This document shows positions 25,061 to 39,366 of a stretch of DNA of 64,000 nucleotides, in pieces. A program made the position numbers and the translations under genes. The notes beneath the pieces are model-generated. The model was not told the DNA's origin, made no database searches, and was given only the letters and a program-made list of their open reading frames with translations. The stretch is from Octopus sinensis. Taxonomy: Eukaryota. The first letter of the stretch is position 1; every line of letters starts with the position of its first letter. The stretch is taken from positions 173,662,001 to 173,726,000 of the forward strand of contig NC_042998.1 in assembly GCF_006345805.1 (NCBI RefSeq), in the 5' to 3' direction.

Positions 25061-25145
25061 ATATTTATCGTTACTTTTCATAAAAAAAAGCCTTTATTTT
25101 TTTTATATCAAATGTGCATTTTCGCTTCTTTACTTCTTACTTTCC

Positions 25146-25230
<85 letters not shown>

Positions 25231-25249
25231 TGTGTGTGTGTGTGTGCGT

Positions 25250-25510
25250 AGTGTGATCAATAAATATCCGGACTATTACCACAGTAACGAAGCTAAAGCA
25301 CCGAGTGTGAAGCCGCTTGGCACAGATTGACCTTGAACTCTGCTATGCATGGGCTCTACGGTTTAACGTTCTAGCTCACAACTGCTTTTTACAGCAGTGC
25401 TTAGAATGTAGTAGCGTGTGATCGTCACGCTGACCATGACAGTGAAAGTTCACCAGAGAACCTGCATCAAATTTTGCCAAAAGTTTGGCCTACGCAAAAT
25501 TTTCAAAAAG
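25250..25510 (+). mobile_element. mariner 5' fragment
   Basis: Terminus GTGTGATCAATAAATATCCGGAC followed by MTVKVHQRTCIKFCQKFG. Same family as 57520-58400. Confidence 0.75.
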
Positions 25511-25679
25511 TATTAATCATTTTCGGTAACTTAAAGGAGGTCTTGTGCAACTGAAACCCGAGTGTATTTTTGCATGTTATTAATACGTCCACGAATGCTA
25601 GCCGATTGTCTTTTCCTTTCTCATTGTGAACTGTATAGATGACTTCATTGAGTTCACATGATCTAACAGCACTTGGACA

Positions 25680-25830
25680 TCTTCCTGGTGAGGTCAGATG
25701 AAGGCCGAAGGGTATATCAGCCGAAACGTTGTGTTAACAACAAACAAGATGAGGACAAATATCCGTCAAACGTAAATAATGTAAATAATGTACATATTTC
25801 CTCATCTCTTAACTATAGAACTGTATTACT
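25680..25830 (+). mobile_element. PLE-like terminal repeat with an HHR remnant
   Basis: CAGATGA-A-GGC...GCC-GAAACGTT (U4 changed to A). Confidence 0.5.
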
Positions 25831-26599
25831 TATCCTTCGTATCTAGTATCGTTCCACTTCAAAGAAAGTGTGGGCGTTTGTGGTTTTTTTTTTTCATTGT
25901 CAGTAATTTTTTAATATTTTCTCTCATCTGTATCCCTTTACATTTCCGCGTTATTCTTTGTCAATGGAATGCTAAATATAACATAATAGTGTGGGTATAA
26001 AACGAAGAGAAACTAAATATAATCTAGCAGTGCTTCGGACCCTACTCATCTGAAGATGTGCATGTGTACAATTATTATTGGATCTTATTAAGGCAATAAT
26101 GCGTATAATATATGTAACATTCAGCAGTTTCCAACTGAAAACTATGCTCCAAACCACTTGTGGTGCTCGTAAATTTATTACGAAGACTACAAGTCTTTTC
26201 ATTCCATCTGCTCCCATTAAAATTCTTGTGTGTGTGTGTGTGCGTGTGTGTGTGTGTGCGTGTGTGTATGTGTGAATGTGTGTGCGCGGGCGTGTGCGCG
26301 CCTGCGCATCTGTGTGTGCATGCGCGTGCGAAAATGTGTATACATATATGTGTGCATATGTATATATATATATATATATTATATATATATATATATACAT
26401 ATATACATACATGCATACATACATACATACGTATATATATATATATATATTATATATATATATATATATACGTGTGTGTATATGTATATGTATGCATATG
26501 AGTGGGCAGAAAATGAAAGAAAATGGCGCCCAACATACTATGGTATCCAAAAGAAACCGTAATTTTGCAATATTATTTTATTCACATAGGTTTACATGT

Positions 26600-27802
26600 T
26601 TGCGCATTTATCAACTTCAAAGTATTCATTTTAAGCAATACATTGGTCCACGTGCGTTTTCCACTGTTCGAAGCAGTCCTGAAATTCTTGTGGAGTGAGG
26701 CTTTTCACGCCTCTGTCGTTTTTCTCTCTTTCATTTCACCTCTTCCATGAATTTTTTCCGTTCGGTGGAACAGAGAAAAGTCGCAGGGAGCAAGATTGGG
26801 GGAATAGGGTGGGTGGGTAAGCGAGGCCATGCCATTTTTGGTAAAAACTCTTTCACACTCAAGGTAGTGTGTGTAAGCTCCCTGTCGTGATGAAACGACC
26901 ACTCTTCATTTTGCAACCGGTCGGGGCGTTTTCGTCTCACCGCGTCTCGCAAACGGTTGAGAACTGCCAAATAAAATGTTTGGTTCACAGTTTGACCAAG
27001 AGGAACAAATCCTGTGTGGACAATTCCTTTCGCATCGATAAAGCAAATCAGCGTCGTCTTATCATTGGACTTCACTTGACGCGCTTTTTTTGTTGGGGGT
27101 GGGGAGTGATGACATTGAATGCTTCCATTGATTTGATTGCTGTTTCGTTTCCGGGTCGTAGTTTGTAGCACCAGATTTCGTTACCAGTGTTGACTTTCGG
27201 AAAAAGATTCGGATCAAATTCCAACTATTATTCTTTTGTTTTGTTTTCAGTTAACGACGCGCATTCATTTTATGATCTTCCGTAAGCAGGCGATGCACAA
27301 ATTTTGCTACAACTCTTTTCATCCGCAATTCCTCACTCAGAATTCGTTGGCAGGAGCTCCAGGACATACCAGTCATATAAGCAAGTTCGTCAGTTGTTCG
27401 GCGATTGTCCTCCAATCTCAGTTCATGAATGAATTTCATGATGTTTTTATTCGTTCGAGAGGTCATCGGTGGCACTGAACGAGGTTGGTCTAAAGCATTA
27501 AAACTACTGGTAAACTTGTGTTTTGTTCATGGCAGCATCATTCTAAGCTGTTTGAAGCAATACAGCTGTTTTGACTGCGGTTTTCCCCACCAGAAAGCAG
27601 AATATCACGGAAGCACGTTGTTCCATAGTTTCAAACATTGCAAAAATCTACGTACTGAGGAGAAGCACTACAAAACAAAGACGCACCGTGTAGCAGTAGG
27701 ACTTCACTCAACAACGCCTGTTGGTAGACTGATGCCTGAGGGTCGCATCAAGTGGTTCTGGTAGCAGAAGTGTAAACTACAACGGTCTTGGCTATCCCCT
27801 CG
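26600..27802 (-). mobile_element. Near full-length decayed mariner (DD34D)
   Basis: RVVAKFVHRLLT, YDPETKQ, LICFIDAKGIVH, FYLAVLNRLRDAVRRKRP and HPPYSPNLAPCDFSLF. Right terminus CCCCTCG|TA; the left terminus was not resolved. Confidence 0.9.
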
Positions 27803-28947
27803 TATTTCGTAAAAGCTACATATGCTACTTCTTAAGAGATTGACTCGACTCCATGTAACCTAAAATGACGCTGGCTCGTGAACTGAACCTATCTTGTCAG
27901 ACTCGACGAGACATTTCACTTGGCGAGCCTGGAGTTATAAAAGATGCATGGGGCAGTGTCAGATTGATATTCAATAAGATGAGTGTGTGTGTGTGTGTAT
28001 GTATGTGCGTGTGTGTGTAATCAAACGCAAGTAGATACATACACACCCATGTTTGCCCGTATACATCTACACGTATCTTTTGATTTAAAAGGTATTATTA
28101 AGGTATTACTCTACTCTAGTTTACCGTTTTATTAAGGATTTATTTTAGCTTCCATTATTTTATGAAGCAATGATGTATAGAAATCCATCAACATTTTGTG
28201 GCTTCCGGTTTTGTATTTTTCATGAAGCGTTTTCTCGACACTTTTGTTATTGATGTGTAATAGCAGGGTACCTACTACAAAACATATATAAAATATGCAT
28301 CGAATAAATAGTTCTCAAGAATCATGTCGCATTGATGATTTTATCACAACTTTTGCAATTATTCATCGTTGATGTTAGAATTCTATAAGCAGCTAGGATT
28401 AAATGTAGTTTGGTCCTAGATTGTGCTATATGTGTGTTGTATCCTAATATTGAAATAGTTTCTATGAGTAATCTTTTGATCAAGGTAGAATAAAATATAT
28501 AAAATATATGTGTTACGAATGATGTGCTTCCAGCTAGTGATTTTTTTTTCATTATACAATGTGTTTTGATGCTACACATATTTACATCAAAAATCGGCTC
28601 GAACATGTTCTCTCATGTACAATGCTACGGTTATAATATGCATTGCACTGTTTTATGTAATCTCTTAACTTGTATTTGTTTTACTTAAATTTTCCATTAA
28701 ATTCTCAGTATACATATTACAGATTAGAATTCATACAGGTCCAAATTGTGTGTTGGGGTCTATGAATCTCTATTAAATTTATTAATTTTAGTGCGGTAAA
28801 TACATGCATATATATATATATATATTTGTTGTGCAAGAACTCTGGCCGAAATAAGATTAAGATTAATGTAAAAAATAAATATCACTGAAGCAAAATAACA
28901 CCAAATATATAGTGCGTGTCTTTTTATTGGCTAAACTGGCAATATGA

Positions 28948-28983
<36 letters not shown>

Positions 28984-29089
28984 AAAAGGTAATCGCATGT
29001 AAAAATTCTAAATGGGTATGAATGTGGAAGTGAAGCCGACGGAATTAGTTACAGAAGTGACACGACACTGATGCCTAAACTGGTTCTTG

Positions 29090-29620
29090 TGTCAAAGGCG
29101 GCACATCGTGTGCTCATTATGGACTTGACTACTTCGAGAAAGTAGATAATACAAGCTTGAAACAGAGCAGGAATAGTGAAAGTATGCGAAGGAAACTAGG
29201 GGACAGTTGACATTGCCGTAGTGGAAGATTATTCTCTCTCCAAAGCACTGCCATAGCAACTGCATTGTTTCTCTTGTAGTATGAGCAGTTGCTCCATTTT
29301 GCTGGAACCATGTGTGAGGTCTATTTTGAATGGCCTTCACGTTCCTTAGACTTGACTAGCTCGGATATTTTTCTTGTGGAGATACCTGAAAGTGAGGGTT
29401 TACGTCAACAAACCGGAGACTCTGGTGCAGCTGGATAACATCAATAGACAAATCAGAGAAGTGGGGTCTGAAACTCTTGAGGGGGTTATGGTGCAAGTTT
29501 TGGAAAGAGCAATGACGTTTGAAGCCGAAAATGGCTACCAATTAAGCGATGTCCTTTTTCAGATGGGATGTAGTGGTGTTGCAAAATTGGATTGTGCATA
29601 TTAATTTCCATTATGTTCTT
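29090..29620. mobile_element. Tc1/mariner transposase fragment (DD37D/DD41D-like) with an internal inversion
   Basis: WFQQNGATAHT...GERII..YGNVN lies on minus (about 29205-29330), while WPSRSLDLT..D.FLWRYLK.RVYVNKP lies on plus (from 29331). Confidence 0.8.
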
Positions 29621-31730
29621 TATTTTGCATCAAACATTCATGCATTTATATGTAAAGTTAAGGAAGTTATTAAAAATTGAACCCAACAGGGATATTTGCA
29701 GATATAAATATAAACATCGCTTTGAAAATAATAGAAAAAGAAGATATCTATGGACAACTGCTTCGAAACCTCCAGCTTCTATATAAATTAATAGGTACCA
29801 GCAATGACCCATGGTCTCTTTAATCTGTACACTTAACATAGAGCAAGCTTTTTTTAAAATAGGAACGAACGCTAACTAAACGACAGACATCACAGGAGGT
29901 GCTATATATGGGACAGAAGTAATATCAAAGGATCATAAACGGCGGCAGTAATATCCAACAAAGGCGTAACGTAAACAACATTGGCGAAATATGTGATACC
30001 GGACTTGTGTCGTGTATACTTCGAAGACTAAAATACCTGATAATGATACCAGAAAAAAAACATTAGAACTGCAGCTCAGATGTATATATTATTAGATAGC
30101 CATGTTTAATGTTAAGGTCAATAACTTTTAAAAATAATAATCTTATTAACAATAACGTCAGAAAATTAGATACTTAACTGAAATATATGGGAAACGATAA
30201 ATCAAAATGAGAAAGGAATAATTTCCAAATGTTTAAAATATCAACAAACTAAATGCAATATAAACAGAGAAGAACAATCAAATTGAAAAGTCTATAACCG
30301 TTAGTGAAATCTAGGCGTGTAAATAAACATTATCTGTGTCTCTATGAATCATCTGGCATTTCGACCACTTCTGCTGCTACTGTAGACTGTCATGGCAATT
30401 GGTATTCTGCAACGGATACCAATCCCAGTTGATAGCAATATCAGAAGAAGAAATATAATTCTCACGTGAAAACTAAGTACGATAAATTGATGTCGATATT
30501 GATCAAGAGATCTGCAAGATAGATGATTTGTACAGCAGATCTGTTACAAATTGTAAAAACTCATCAGTCGCCTGAATGATCAACAAGCTCTGGATTAGCA
30601 AAAGCTTGAAATTTCGGCTTCATGTATATGCCTACGCAGGTTGTTTGCATATGTACGCACGCTCGCAAAAACACGCGCGCGGGCACATGTACACGAATGT
30701 ACATACATATATGATTTAAATTATGTCTCGAAACAGATATGGCTTGTAGTTTAGGCGAATCATCCAGTCAGTCGGACACACACAGGTCGTAGTTCACTTC
30801 TGTTTGCTCATCAATTTACTAATTACTTAAGCTATTAATTAAATGGTATCTTATGGTTTCATCGCTACACCCTGTCATCTTATTGATTGCATGACATTCG
30901 TGCAATCAAGTGCTAGTGTACGCATACTCCATAATCTGTCCTAATTTCTCCAAATGTAAGAGTTTACATCCGTGTTTTGGTATTTATAATTTATAAAATG
31001 TGCGTATATGTACATGTGAGTGTTTATTTGAGTGTGTGTATGTAAGTGTGTGTGTGTATAAGAGAGCGAGTGTTTGTGTCTGTGTGTGTGTTTGTGTGTA
31101 TGTGTTGCTTTGTGTGTGCCTGTGCGTTTGTAATTGTAAATGTAGTGATAACACTAAGTGTTGTTTGGAGTACGATGTGACTATATACGTGTGTGGTGTG
31201 ACATCTTTCGCGTCTATTGGTTTCGCTTTCGATTTTGTATTCATTATATGCAAGTGCGCACATACACACGCACACACCCGCGCACAAACACACATACACA
31301 TACGCACATAAACACACAAACACGCACACATATATACGCAACTCCGTGTGCATTTGTTGATTTTTGCTACTTTTATTGCTCCATCAAGCGTTTTGTTATG
31401 TAATATATGACTTATTGTTATCTGTTAATGCGCGCCGACCTTTAGCACCTAATAGCTTGTTATCTGTTTCCTTTATTAAACTCATCTTTGTGCTTCGCCA
31501 TAACAATACATAACTATACATACCCATGGGTATGTATGGATATCCATTTATTTAATAGGTACATAATATTTGTATCAACAATAGAGTTCTATACAACATT
31601 AATAAACAGGACAATTAAATGATCACTCCCATGTCGTTTCAAATAGTCGGTGACCGGATAATTGTAATTTCTGCTGATGAAAACTTTGCGTCAAATATAT
31701 ATATATATTATATATATATATATATATATA

Positions 31731-32115
31731 TTGGGTTGTCCGGAAAGTTCGTGCCGATTTTTAAAGGAAAGAAAAAGGTCAATAAATACTTGCCATTACA
31801 TTTTTAAACAAACAAATGCAAACCATTTTGTTGCACAATACATCTCCATCTTTCCTTTAACTTGAAAATATCATCTTCCCAGAATTGGGGTGGTTTCATG
31901 GCAAAGAATTCATCAACGTATCTTTTTACGTCATCCAAGGAATTGAAATTTTTACCATTAAGACTATTCTGAGGAGAACTGAATAAGTGGAAATCCGAAG
32001 GAGCAATATCTGGCGAATATGGAGGGTTGGGTAACACATCCCAGCCGAGCTGCAGCAATTTTTGTCAGGTTGCCAAAGCATCAAGTGCCGAAAATGAACT
32101 TTCTTATCTTCCATT
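31731..32115 (-). mobile_element. mariner (DD34D) 3' fragment
   Basis: LGWDVLPNPPYSPDIAPSDFHLF...FWEDDIFKLKERW, ending at TA|TTGGGTTGTCCGGAAAG. Confidence 0.92.
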
Positions 32116-32699
32116 TTAAGGGGTTACAAAATTAACTCAACTTATAGGTACGTAAACCTTCTTCCACGAAAAGATAGTTTAAACTGTGCTCTAAATGGAG
32201 GTGTAGTCAAATCCTATTTTATGGACTCAACCATGTTCTAAAATAAGTCGATTGAAGGTGCTCGGGCAATCCCCTAAATTATGTTATATTCACTATTATC
32301 GCTCTGTCCCACGAATTTATCTCACTATGAAGTTTTTCATTTTGTCTGTTGTACAGTATAACGTATTTCTCCTTAACGGGGAAAACTGGGGAAGTTTGGG
32401 GCTCCTTTGTGCTCCTGCTTGTCTTTGTGTGAGGTGGGTTATGGTGTCTGTAGGGAGATGTTGGGTTAGAGTGGGTATAGATGGGAGTCGGATGGGTGTG
32501 GGATGGGGGTCATCACTTACAAAGTGTGCTTCTTTCCTTCTTTTTCTTCTTTTTTCCAACCGTTTCCCATCCGTCCTTTTCCTCGTTTACCTCCGCTTCC
32601 TCGGCGTTGGTACTGGTTTTCATCGGTGGTGGAGTCGCGGTTTCCTTCCTGCTCTTTGCGTTTCTCTTTAGTCTTTATGGGTGTTGGAGGACAGTCCGA

Positions 32700-33010
32700 T
32701 CTAATGTAGCCTTTCAGACCACATTAGAGCATCGCGGGGTCCTACCTTCTACTCTGACCATGAGTGTCACCCCTTCGAACTTGATGACCCTGTTTCCAAC
32801 GTCTTCCTTGTTGAATAACCGGCGGTAGTACGGTAATGGTAGTAGTGGAGAGAAGGAGACCCAACTGCTACATATGTGCACGCGGAGGACACATAGGGAT
32901 CCGCTGCCTCGACTGCGAGGGGACCCCGGAGAGAGGGTATTACGACGGATCGCAGAACGTTGCTGAAGATGCAACGAAAAGGGTGCAGGAGCTAGGGGCT
33001 GGAAGTAGTG
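32700..33010. mobile_element. Non-LTR retrotransposon ORF1 (gag-like) fragments on opposite strands
   Basis: Plus: VVVERRRPNCYICARGGHIGIRC (CX2CX4HX4C knuckle). Minus: VTLMVRVEGRTPRC. Confidence 0.65.
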
Positions 33011-33472
33011 ACGAAGGTGACTACATCGTCAAGCCTATGGGAGGGAGGAGGGAGAGAATGGGAGCCCCATCTAATGAGGAGGAGGGAACACCCACACAAA
33101 ATGAACATGAGATGGAAACCAATTTTCGCCCCAAAATGGGGTGGGGACGCAAGAAACAAAACTGCCAGACAGTCTATATATAAACATTTCAACAGTAGTT
33201 TCAACAATGGGCAGTCTCGCCCGAGAAAACCCTCAACAAAACATCAAACAAGCAAAAAAGCAACTGAATCACAAGTGTTTTAGCACGGAAAAGTACCGAA
33301 ATGCTCTATTTTTTTAATTTTGCCACTAGAGGCCTGACACAGAGGGGAACAGTACAAGGACAGGCAAGAGATGCAGCGAGGAAAAAGAAAGCGGATAAAT
33401 TGATGGGATGATGATATATGTATGTGTGGATGTATGTATATGTATATGTATATGTGGAAAAAAAAAGGTGTG

Positions 33473-33573
33473 GCTGCTATTTCTTGGACGCCCTACTACC
33501 ACGTAACAGGTATTCTGGGTCCTTTATCACAAATAGCTGTTACGTGGTAGCAGACCGTGTTAGAAATAGCAGC
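33473..33573. repeat. Short imperfect foldback/MITE
   Basis: GCTGCTATTTCT...CTACCACGTAACAG pairs with CTGTTACGTGGTAG...AGAAATAGCAGC. Confidence 0.7.
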
Positions 33574-35960
33574 TAAAACTTTGGAGTTGCGATACGTTGA
33601 ATGCACACGAAAAATTTTTTGTAATGGTATTTCTTTGGGGCGATCTTTCGCTTTGACTCTCAAAACTGTCAGCCAGCTGGTGTTGATCGTTGATTTTTGC
33701 ATTTTTTTTTATTATTTACTTTTGCTTTAAAGTGAAAGAGAGGAGAAAATGAAAGTGACATTTTTTACGGAAATTAACGACTTGAAACTAATTTTTAAAA
33801 AACATTAAAATATTGTCTGTTTAAAGAAAGCTAAAATATAGATACTTACTGTACAAACAACTTTTTTGAAATCACATTCAGTTAAAAATATTTTTAAATG
33901 TGTACGTCAAAAAGCCATTTTTTTTTCTTCGAGAGCCCGAAGACTGTGTGTGTATACCTCACAAATAGCAGACGTGTGTTTGTGTTGATTGACACGCCAT
34001 GACATTCATCATATGTGTGTGTTCTGTATGTGTGAATGTGTGTTGACGTCACGAGTAAACACAAGAATTTTGTTTACTCGTTTTCATTGATAAATAGAGA
34101 TACACATGTCACAAAAATGTGTACTGCACTGTCGAACGTAAGAATGGAAATAAATGTGTAACAAAAAATTAAGATAAAATATACTGTTTCTGAGATATTT
34201 CGGGTACACACAAACATCCTTAGAGTTTTAGTATTATTAAGATGGACAACCACCTCAAAGTTCACAGCTTGTCGATTTGGGTTATTTCCAAAGAGAAATA
34301 CCATTTCTAATGTTAAACATTTTTCAATTTAAGATCCGCTAGCAAAATGTTTTTTGTTATTTTCGCTGTTTGTTAGAGTGTTTAAAAAATAACCTAACTA
34401 ATATTTTGATTAATGGCACTACATATGTGCAGCGTTCAAAGTAAAAAATTTTATGAAACAAACTGCTAATATTTTCACTATTGCAGCTGTGATTCTCTCT
34501 CAGTATGTAATGTCTGATACCAATATCTTTTAAATAATTTTGTAGGTCATAATTCAGATTTTCTGAGTGATGGTTTGTGGTGTTGCAGTCAGACTGATAA
34601 TGTCTTTTGAGACAGGATTATCAGAAGTGCATACTTTCGGAAAAAGGGCAGTCAGTTTTCAAAGTTATAGTTTTCAGGATTAAGGGAGTAAGACAATTGC
34701 ATATTAGTGAAGAGCTGGATCTGTTTATATGTGTAAGGTCCTTCGATGGAATTATTTATGTGCAAGTGAAACGTAATTTGACATTACGTTTTATAAAGTA
34801 TTTTATATAAGATTTAAGATTCCTCGGTAATTATTTACTTAATAAACTAGAGATATTTAACCACGTGAATAGGTTATTAAACCAAATAAGATTGTTTTCT
34901 ATTTTCCTGTCTGAGGAATATTATTATTTTTATAATTTGTAATATATTTCATCTTTAAAGCCATTACGTTTAACACCTAATTTGACGTAGTCATTGTTTA
35001 TTAAATGAAGAGATTTTAATTAACCACATAATATTATTTTTTACTACATTATAATTTACGATTGTTTAAGATATTTATTCTGAATTTTAATAATTACGCT
35101 ATGCAGATGCCAGAGTGTCATAAGTATTTACTAAAGATCTCGAAAATTACAACATTACGGATTAAGATATACTTGGCTTGGTGAAAGAGAGCATTCTGAA
35201 TGTCCTCTATTTTGATAACTAGTCTCTCAAACTCTCTTCTGCTTCCTCACAGCTACTTACTCCACCCATGGGGCTGTTAAATTTTAAAACACTCCATCTT
35301 TGTCATCACATATAATATTTTATGCCTCCCATCGCCTTATTTCCTCAGTAATTCACTTTAATCGGATCATAATTAGAAAATAGAGTTAGTACATGCATCC
35401 AAGGAATATTCGTATTACTCTCTTTGAACTGGCGTATTAATGTGTCTTACTTGAAATAAAATATATTGCTCAAGGAAGATGGCCCTAAAATATAAGTAAC
35501 TTGCGTTTGGGATTTGGAACGAAGAACTAAGCATGTTTATTAAAGTCAGAAAGTTAATAGCTCCTTCAAACCATATATTCGCATTGCTAAAATTTCTACA
35601 AGTACATCATTTAAGAAAAGAAACATAACAAGAACTATATGTCCATATACACATCACATGCCATTAAAAATCGCAATTCAAAAATATTAATATAAATCCA
35701 TTTATAAATTTCATTCTAGCACACTCAATATTGCTAAACTAGAACTAGATACAAAATGAACGAAACCTTTATTAGTGTATGTATTCATGTATATATTACA
35801 TGCGACAAATATAATCCAGTGTATACATACTGTAATAAAAAAATTCATGAGGGCTTTATCAAGCCATGAATCGTACTCACCTAAGATATATGTGTGTGGA
35901 CATGTATTTATAGGTACATGCATGCACACATACGCATATATATATACATACATACACACA

Positions 35961-36028
<68 letters not shown>

Positions 36029-36039
36029 GACATTTATTA

Positions 36040-36860
36040 GCTGTAAATACCAATAAGTCTCTAGGGCTTGATGAAATCTGTGCAGAGGTCTTGAAATATG
36101 GGAGTGATAAAATGTTTGAACTTTTAAATATATTAATTTGTTACTGTTGGAGAATTGGGGAAGTGCCTCAAGGATAGATTGATGCAATTTTAGTATCCTT
36201 GTATAAGTCGGGGCCAAAGGACCTGTGTGGTAATTTTCGTGAGATTTCGCGTTTGTCTTTAGTTGGAAAGGTACTTGCCCACGTTCTGTTCGAACGTTTA
36301 AATACCTTCATTGTTCTAAATATAGTGTCTGAATCTCAGTGTGGTTTTCGTTCCTCTAGGGGCACATTTGATTGTATCTTTACTATCAGGCAATTCCTGG
36401 AAAAATTCATCAAACAGAATCTTGCCCTATAACACTGCTTTGTTGATTTAAGCAAGGCACTCGATACTGTTAATCGAAATGCTCTGTAGCTAATTCTAAG
36501 GAAAATATGTTACCCAGAAAAAATTGTAAACATGATTATGGTATGAAGGCTAGAGTTAATTTTCGTGGTAGGCTTTCAGAATCTTTTGCCGTGGAAAATG
36601 GAGTAAAGCAAGGAGAAATAGATGCACCCACCCTCTTTGCAATATACTTTGCTGCTGTGCAGTCACACGATTTTCAAAACTCCAAGGTGGGTATTTACAT
36701 CAAGTATCGAACAACAGGGAATGTTTCTTATCTGACCAGACTGAAATTCAAATCAAAATCCTTTTACTTTACTCATTACAGAACTCTTATACGCTGACGA
36801 TTGCAATCTAGTCAGCCACACTGAAATAGACCTGAAATCTGTTGTATCTGCATTTGAGTC
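36040..36860 (+). mobile_element. RTE-clade LINE reverse-transcriptase pseudogene fragment
   Basis: ISRLSLVGKVLAHVL, ESQCGFRSSRGT, FVDLSKALDTVNR, GVKQG and LLYADDC, with stops. Confidence 0.92.
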
Positions 36861-37673
36861 AAGATGATTTTGTGATGATTTTGTGATGATATCGGAACTT
36901 GTTGAGAAAGAAAGTTTTAGAAAAAAATGTGATATATGTCAATAAGAATGTGTCCTTTCCCACCAATATCTATTTTCATGGTAAAATCCAATATAATTGT
37001 AATGTACAGTCTCTGAATGGCATTTGTCGAAATTATCATTCGAAATTAACTATTTTTCCGAAAGCTAAGAGGAAGCAAATCCGACTTGTGAATTTTGGGT
37101 ACTCCTTTACCCATTCCACTGAAAACATTTTCTCACGACAAATTCAGATCTAATCAAAACCTACACCGTCTGGAGCGTATTTGTGGAAAATTTCATTAAG
37201 CAGTATCCATTTCTCGGAAAGTTATGACGTAACAAATCGTGTGGGCGAACTCTTGCTTTGACATACATATTTTCGATTATAATTATCTAACAGTACATGT
37301 TTATCATGGAGTTCCGGTAACACATGTGCAGTGAAATGCAATAAATGACTGGAGCGAAGTGTTCATGAACGGATAACAGTTTTGAGCATTGTGTAAATTC
37401 CAATAATATAAGAATTTGCTCTGAAAATATTCTTGGAGGGAAGAATGAGAAGGGTTTCGGAATATTCAAACGAGTCAGATTTGTTTCCTCATAATGTTCA
37501 GAAAAGTGGGTATTTTTCATGCAATTTTCTACAAATACTTTCAGTGTGTACATCAGGTTTATGCTGGGATTTAAAATAGAAAACGGTTGGGAAAGTATTT
37601 ATTTACTTTCGTTTTAAATTGAGAGAAGAGCGTGAAAGATGTATGTACGTGCATATGATATGGACATGTACGT

Positions 37674-37705
<32 letters not shown>

Positions 37706-37984
37706 CAGAGAGAGAGGGGCAGCGAGAGAGGAAGAGAGACAGGAAATGAGGTAGAGAGAGAGAGTGAGTGGGTGAAGGGGTGTGTTGTATACGTACGTAT
37801 ATCAATACATATGCGTACATATGCGTATATCTAATCCGGTATACTCGAGTCTAATGATTAGTGTGAGCATGGGGGGGCGGATGATGTGAGCAAAAAGGTA
37901 GTGTGAAAGCATGTATGCCTAATTGTTAATTTCTTGTATGTTAGGTGGGTAGTTTGTGTGTGTGTATGTCTGTGTGTGCGTGTA

Positions 37985-38040
<56 letters not shown>

Positions 38041-39099
38041 GCGTGCGTGCGTCTTTACGCACACGTGTATGTATGTGTGACTAATTGTGTGGAGGATATA
38101 GCATAGGAAATTGCTAACTGAAAACCATGTTACTATGGGAAAACATATTTTCATGTCAGAATAATACGACAATAATACAGAGGAAGAAGTGCGAAAGAAA
38201 TATATGTTTAACATCAAAAGTTTAGAGATGGTAAAAATCGAACAGAGAAATGCCTTACAGTGTTGAAGCACAAAGGCTTATAAAAAAGAAAAAGAGATAA
38301 AAGGATGTCATTGGTGAACTGATTGACCCATGAAAAAGTAATAAACAAGAGTGCTCTTTCGTAAAGTAGACACGGTTTGCCAAAACCAAAAACAGACTGA
38401 ACAATGTATTTATGTAAGCATTGTTTGTAAGAGGCTATAAAGATAGCATAGTTTAGGCAGTCGAGCAGCAAATAGGAACAGAAAAACATATGTGTGATTC
38501 GAAAGTGAAAAATAAACCAAAAGGTGTCCATTCAAAATGCCAATGTGTGTATGTGTGTGTACCTGAGAACATTTTGTATATGTAACAGAAAATATGTGTG
38601 TGTGTGTATGAGTGATCTGTCGGTGTATGAGTGTGACTATAAAAGTAACAAAAATGGTCGGTAAAAACGATTGTGTGAGTGTGTAGAATCGTAAGTGTAT
38701 AGTGCATGTCAGTATTTAAGAGGCAATAGGAATCGACGTTGAAGAAAAATGTGTACGTACATATATATTCATTTGGAAGGTGTGAGTTGATGCATGTAAG
38801 ATGTGTATTCGTGTGAAGTGGAACAGGGTCAGTGTTGTGGTGACAAGGATGACATGATAGTAGAGTGGGTGAGATGATGAGAAAGATGCTGATGTGATGC
38901 AAGAAAGTATAGGAGTGGGATTAGTTAACCGAGGAGAAAGGAAGAAAAACTGTTGGGAGTGGAATTGCGCTCTTAGCAACAAGACGAATTCTTGTTCATT
39001 CTAGATCTGAGCAACTTGAGATAACGAGTAGGAGGGCGAAGGAGAGGTGAGATAAAGAGAATATGCGTCAGTGCATAGATATACATACGTACAAATGTG

Positions 39100-39147
<48 letters not shown>

Positions 39148-39366
39148 TAGTCAATTTAGGGTAGCAAAAAAATTCAATAGAAATTTATCGCTACCAGCGG
39201 CCTGGTGGAAAAGAGAAAATAGTCATCGACTAAATATATAAATATAACAATTTAGGAGTGACCCTAACAGGTCATTCGTCCACCAGAAAGAGCAGCCATA
39301 ACTCACACCGCCAAGTAGTAGTAATATCAAAAATTGGTGAAAATTTAAAAACATTTACCCTAATTC

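Noticed and set aside
26045-26085. CTGAAGA-T-GTGCA TG TGTAC hairpin
   Set aside because: GAAA and the cleavage site are absent.
30540-30575. CTGATGAG on the minus strand followed by a small hairpin
   Set aside because: No GAAA, helix III or stem I follows.
32955-32985. CTGAAGA-T-GCAAC-GAAA
   Set aside because: No stem II can form between the core strands and there is no NUH; it lies within a LINE-like segment.
34546-34690. Possible exon after ttttgtag
   Set aside because: All three frames hit a stop early and there is no recognisable homology.
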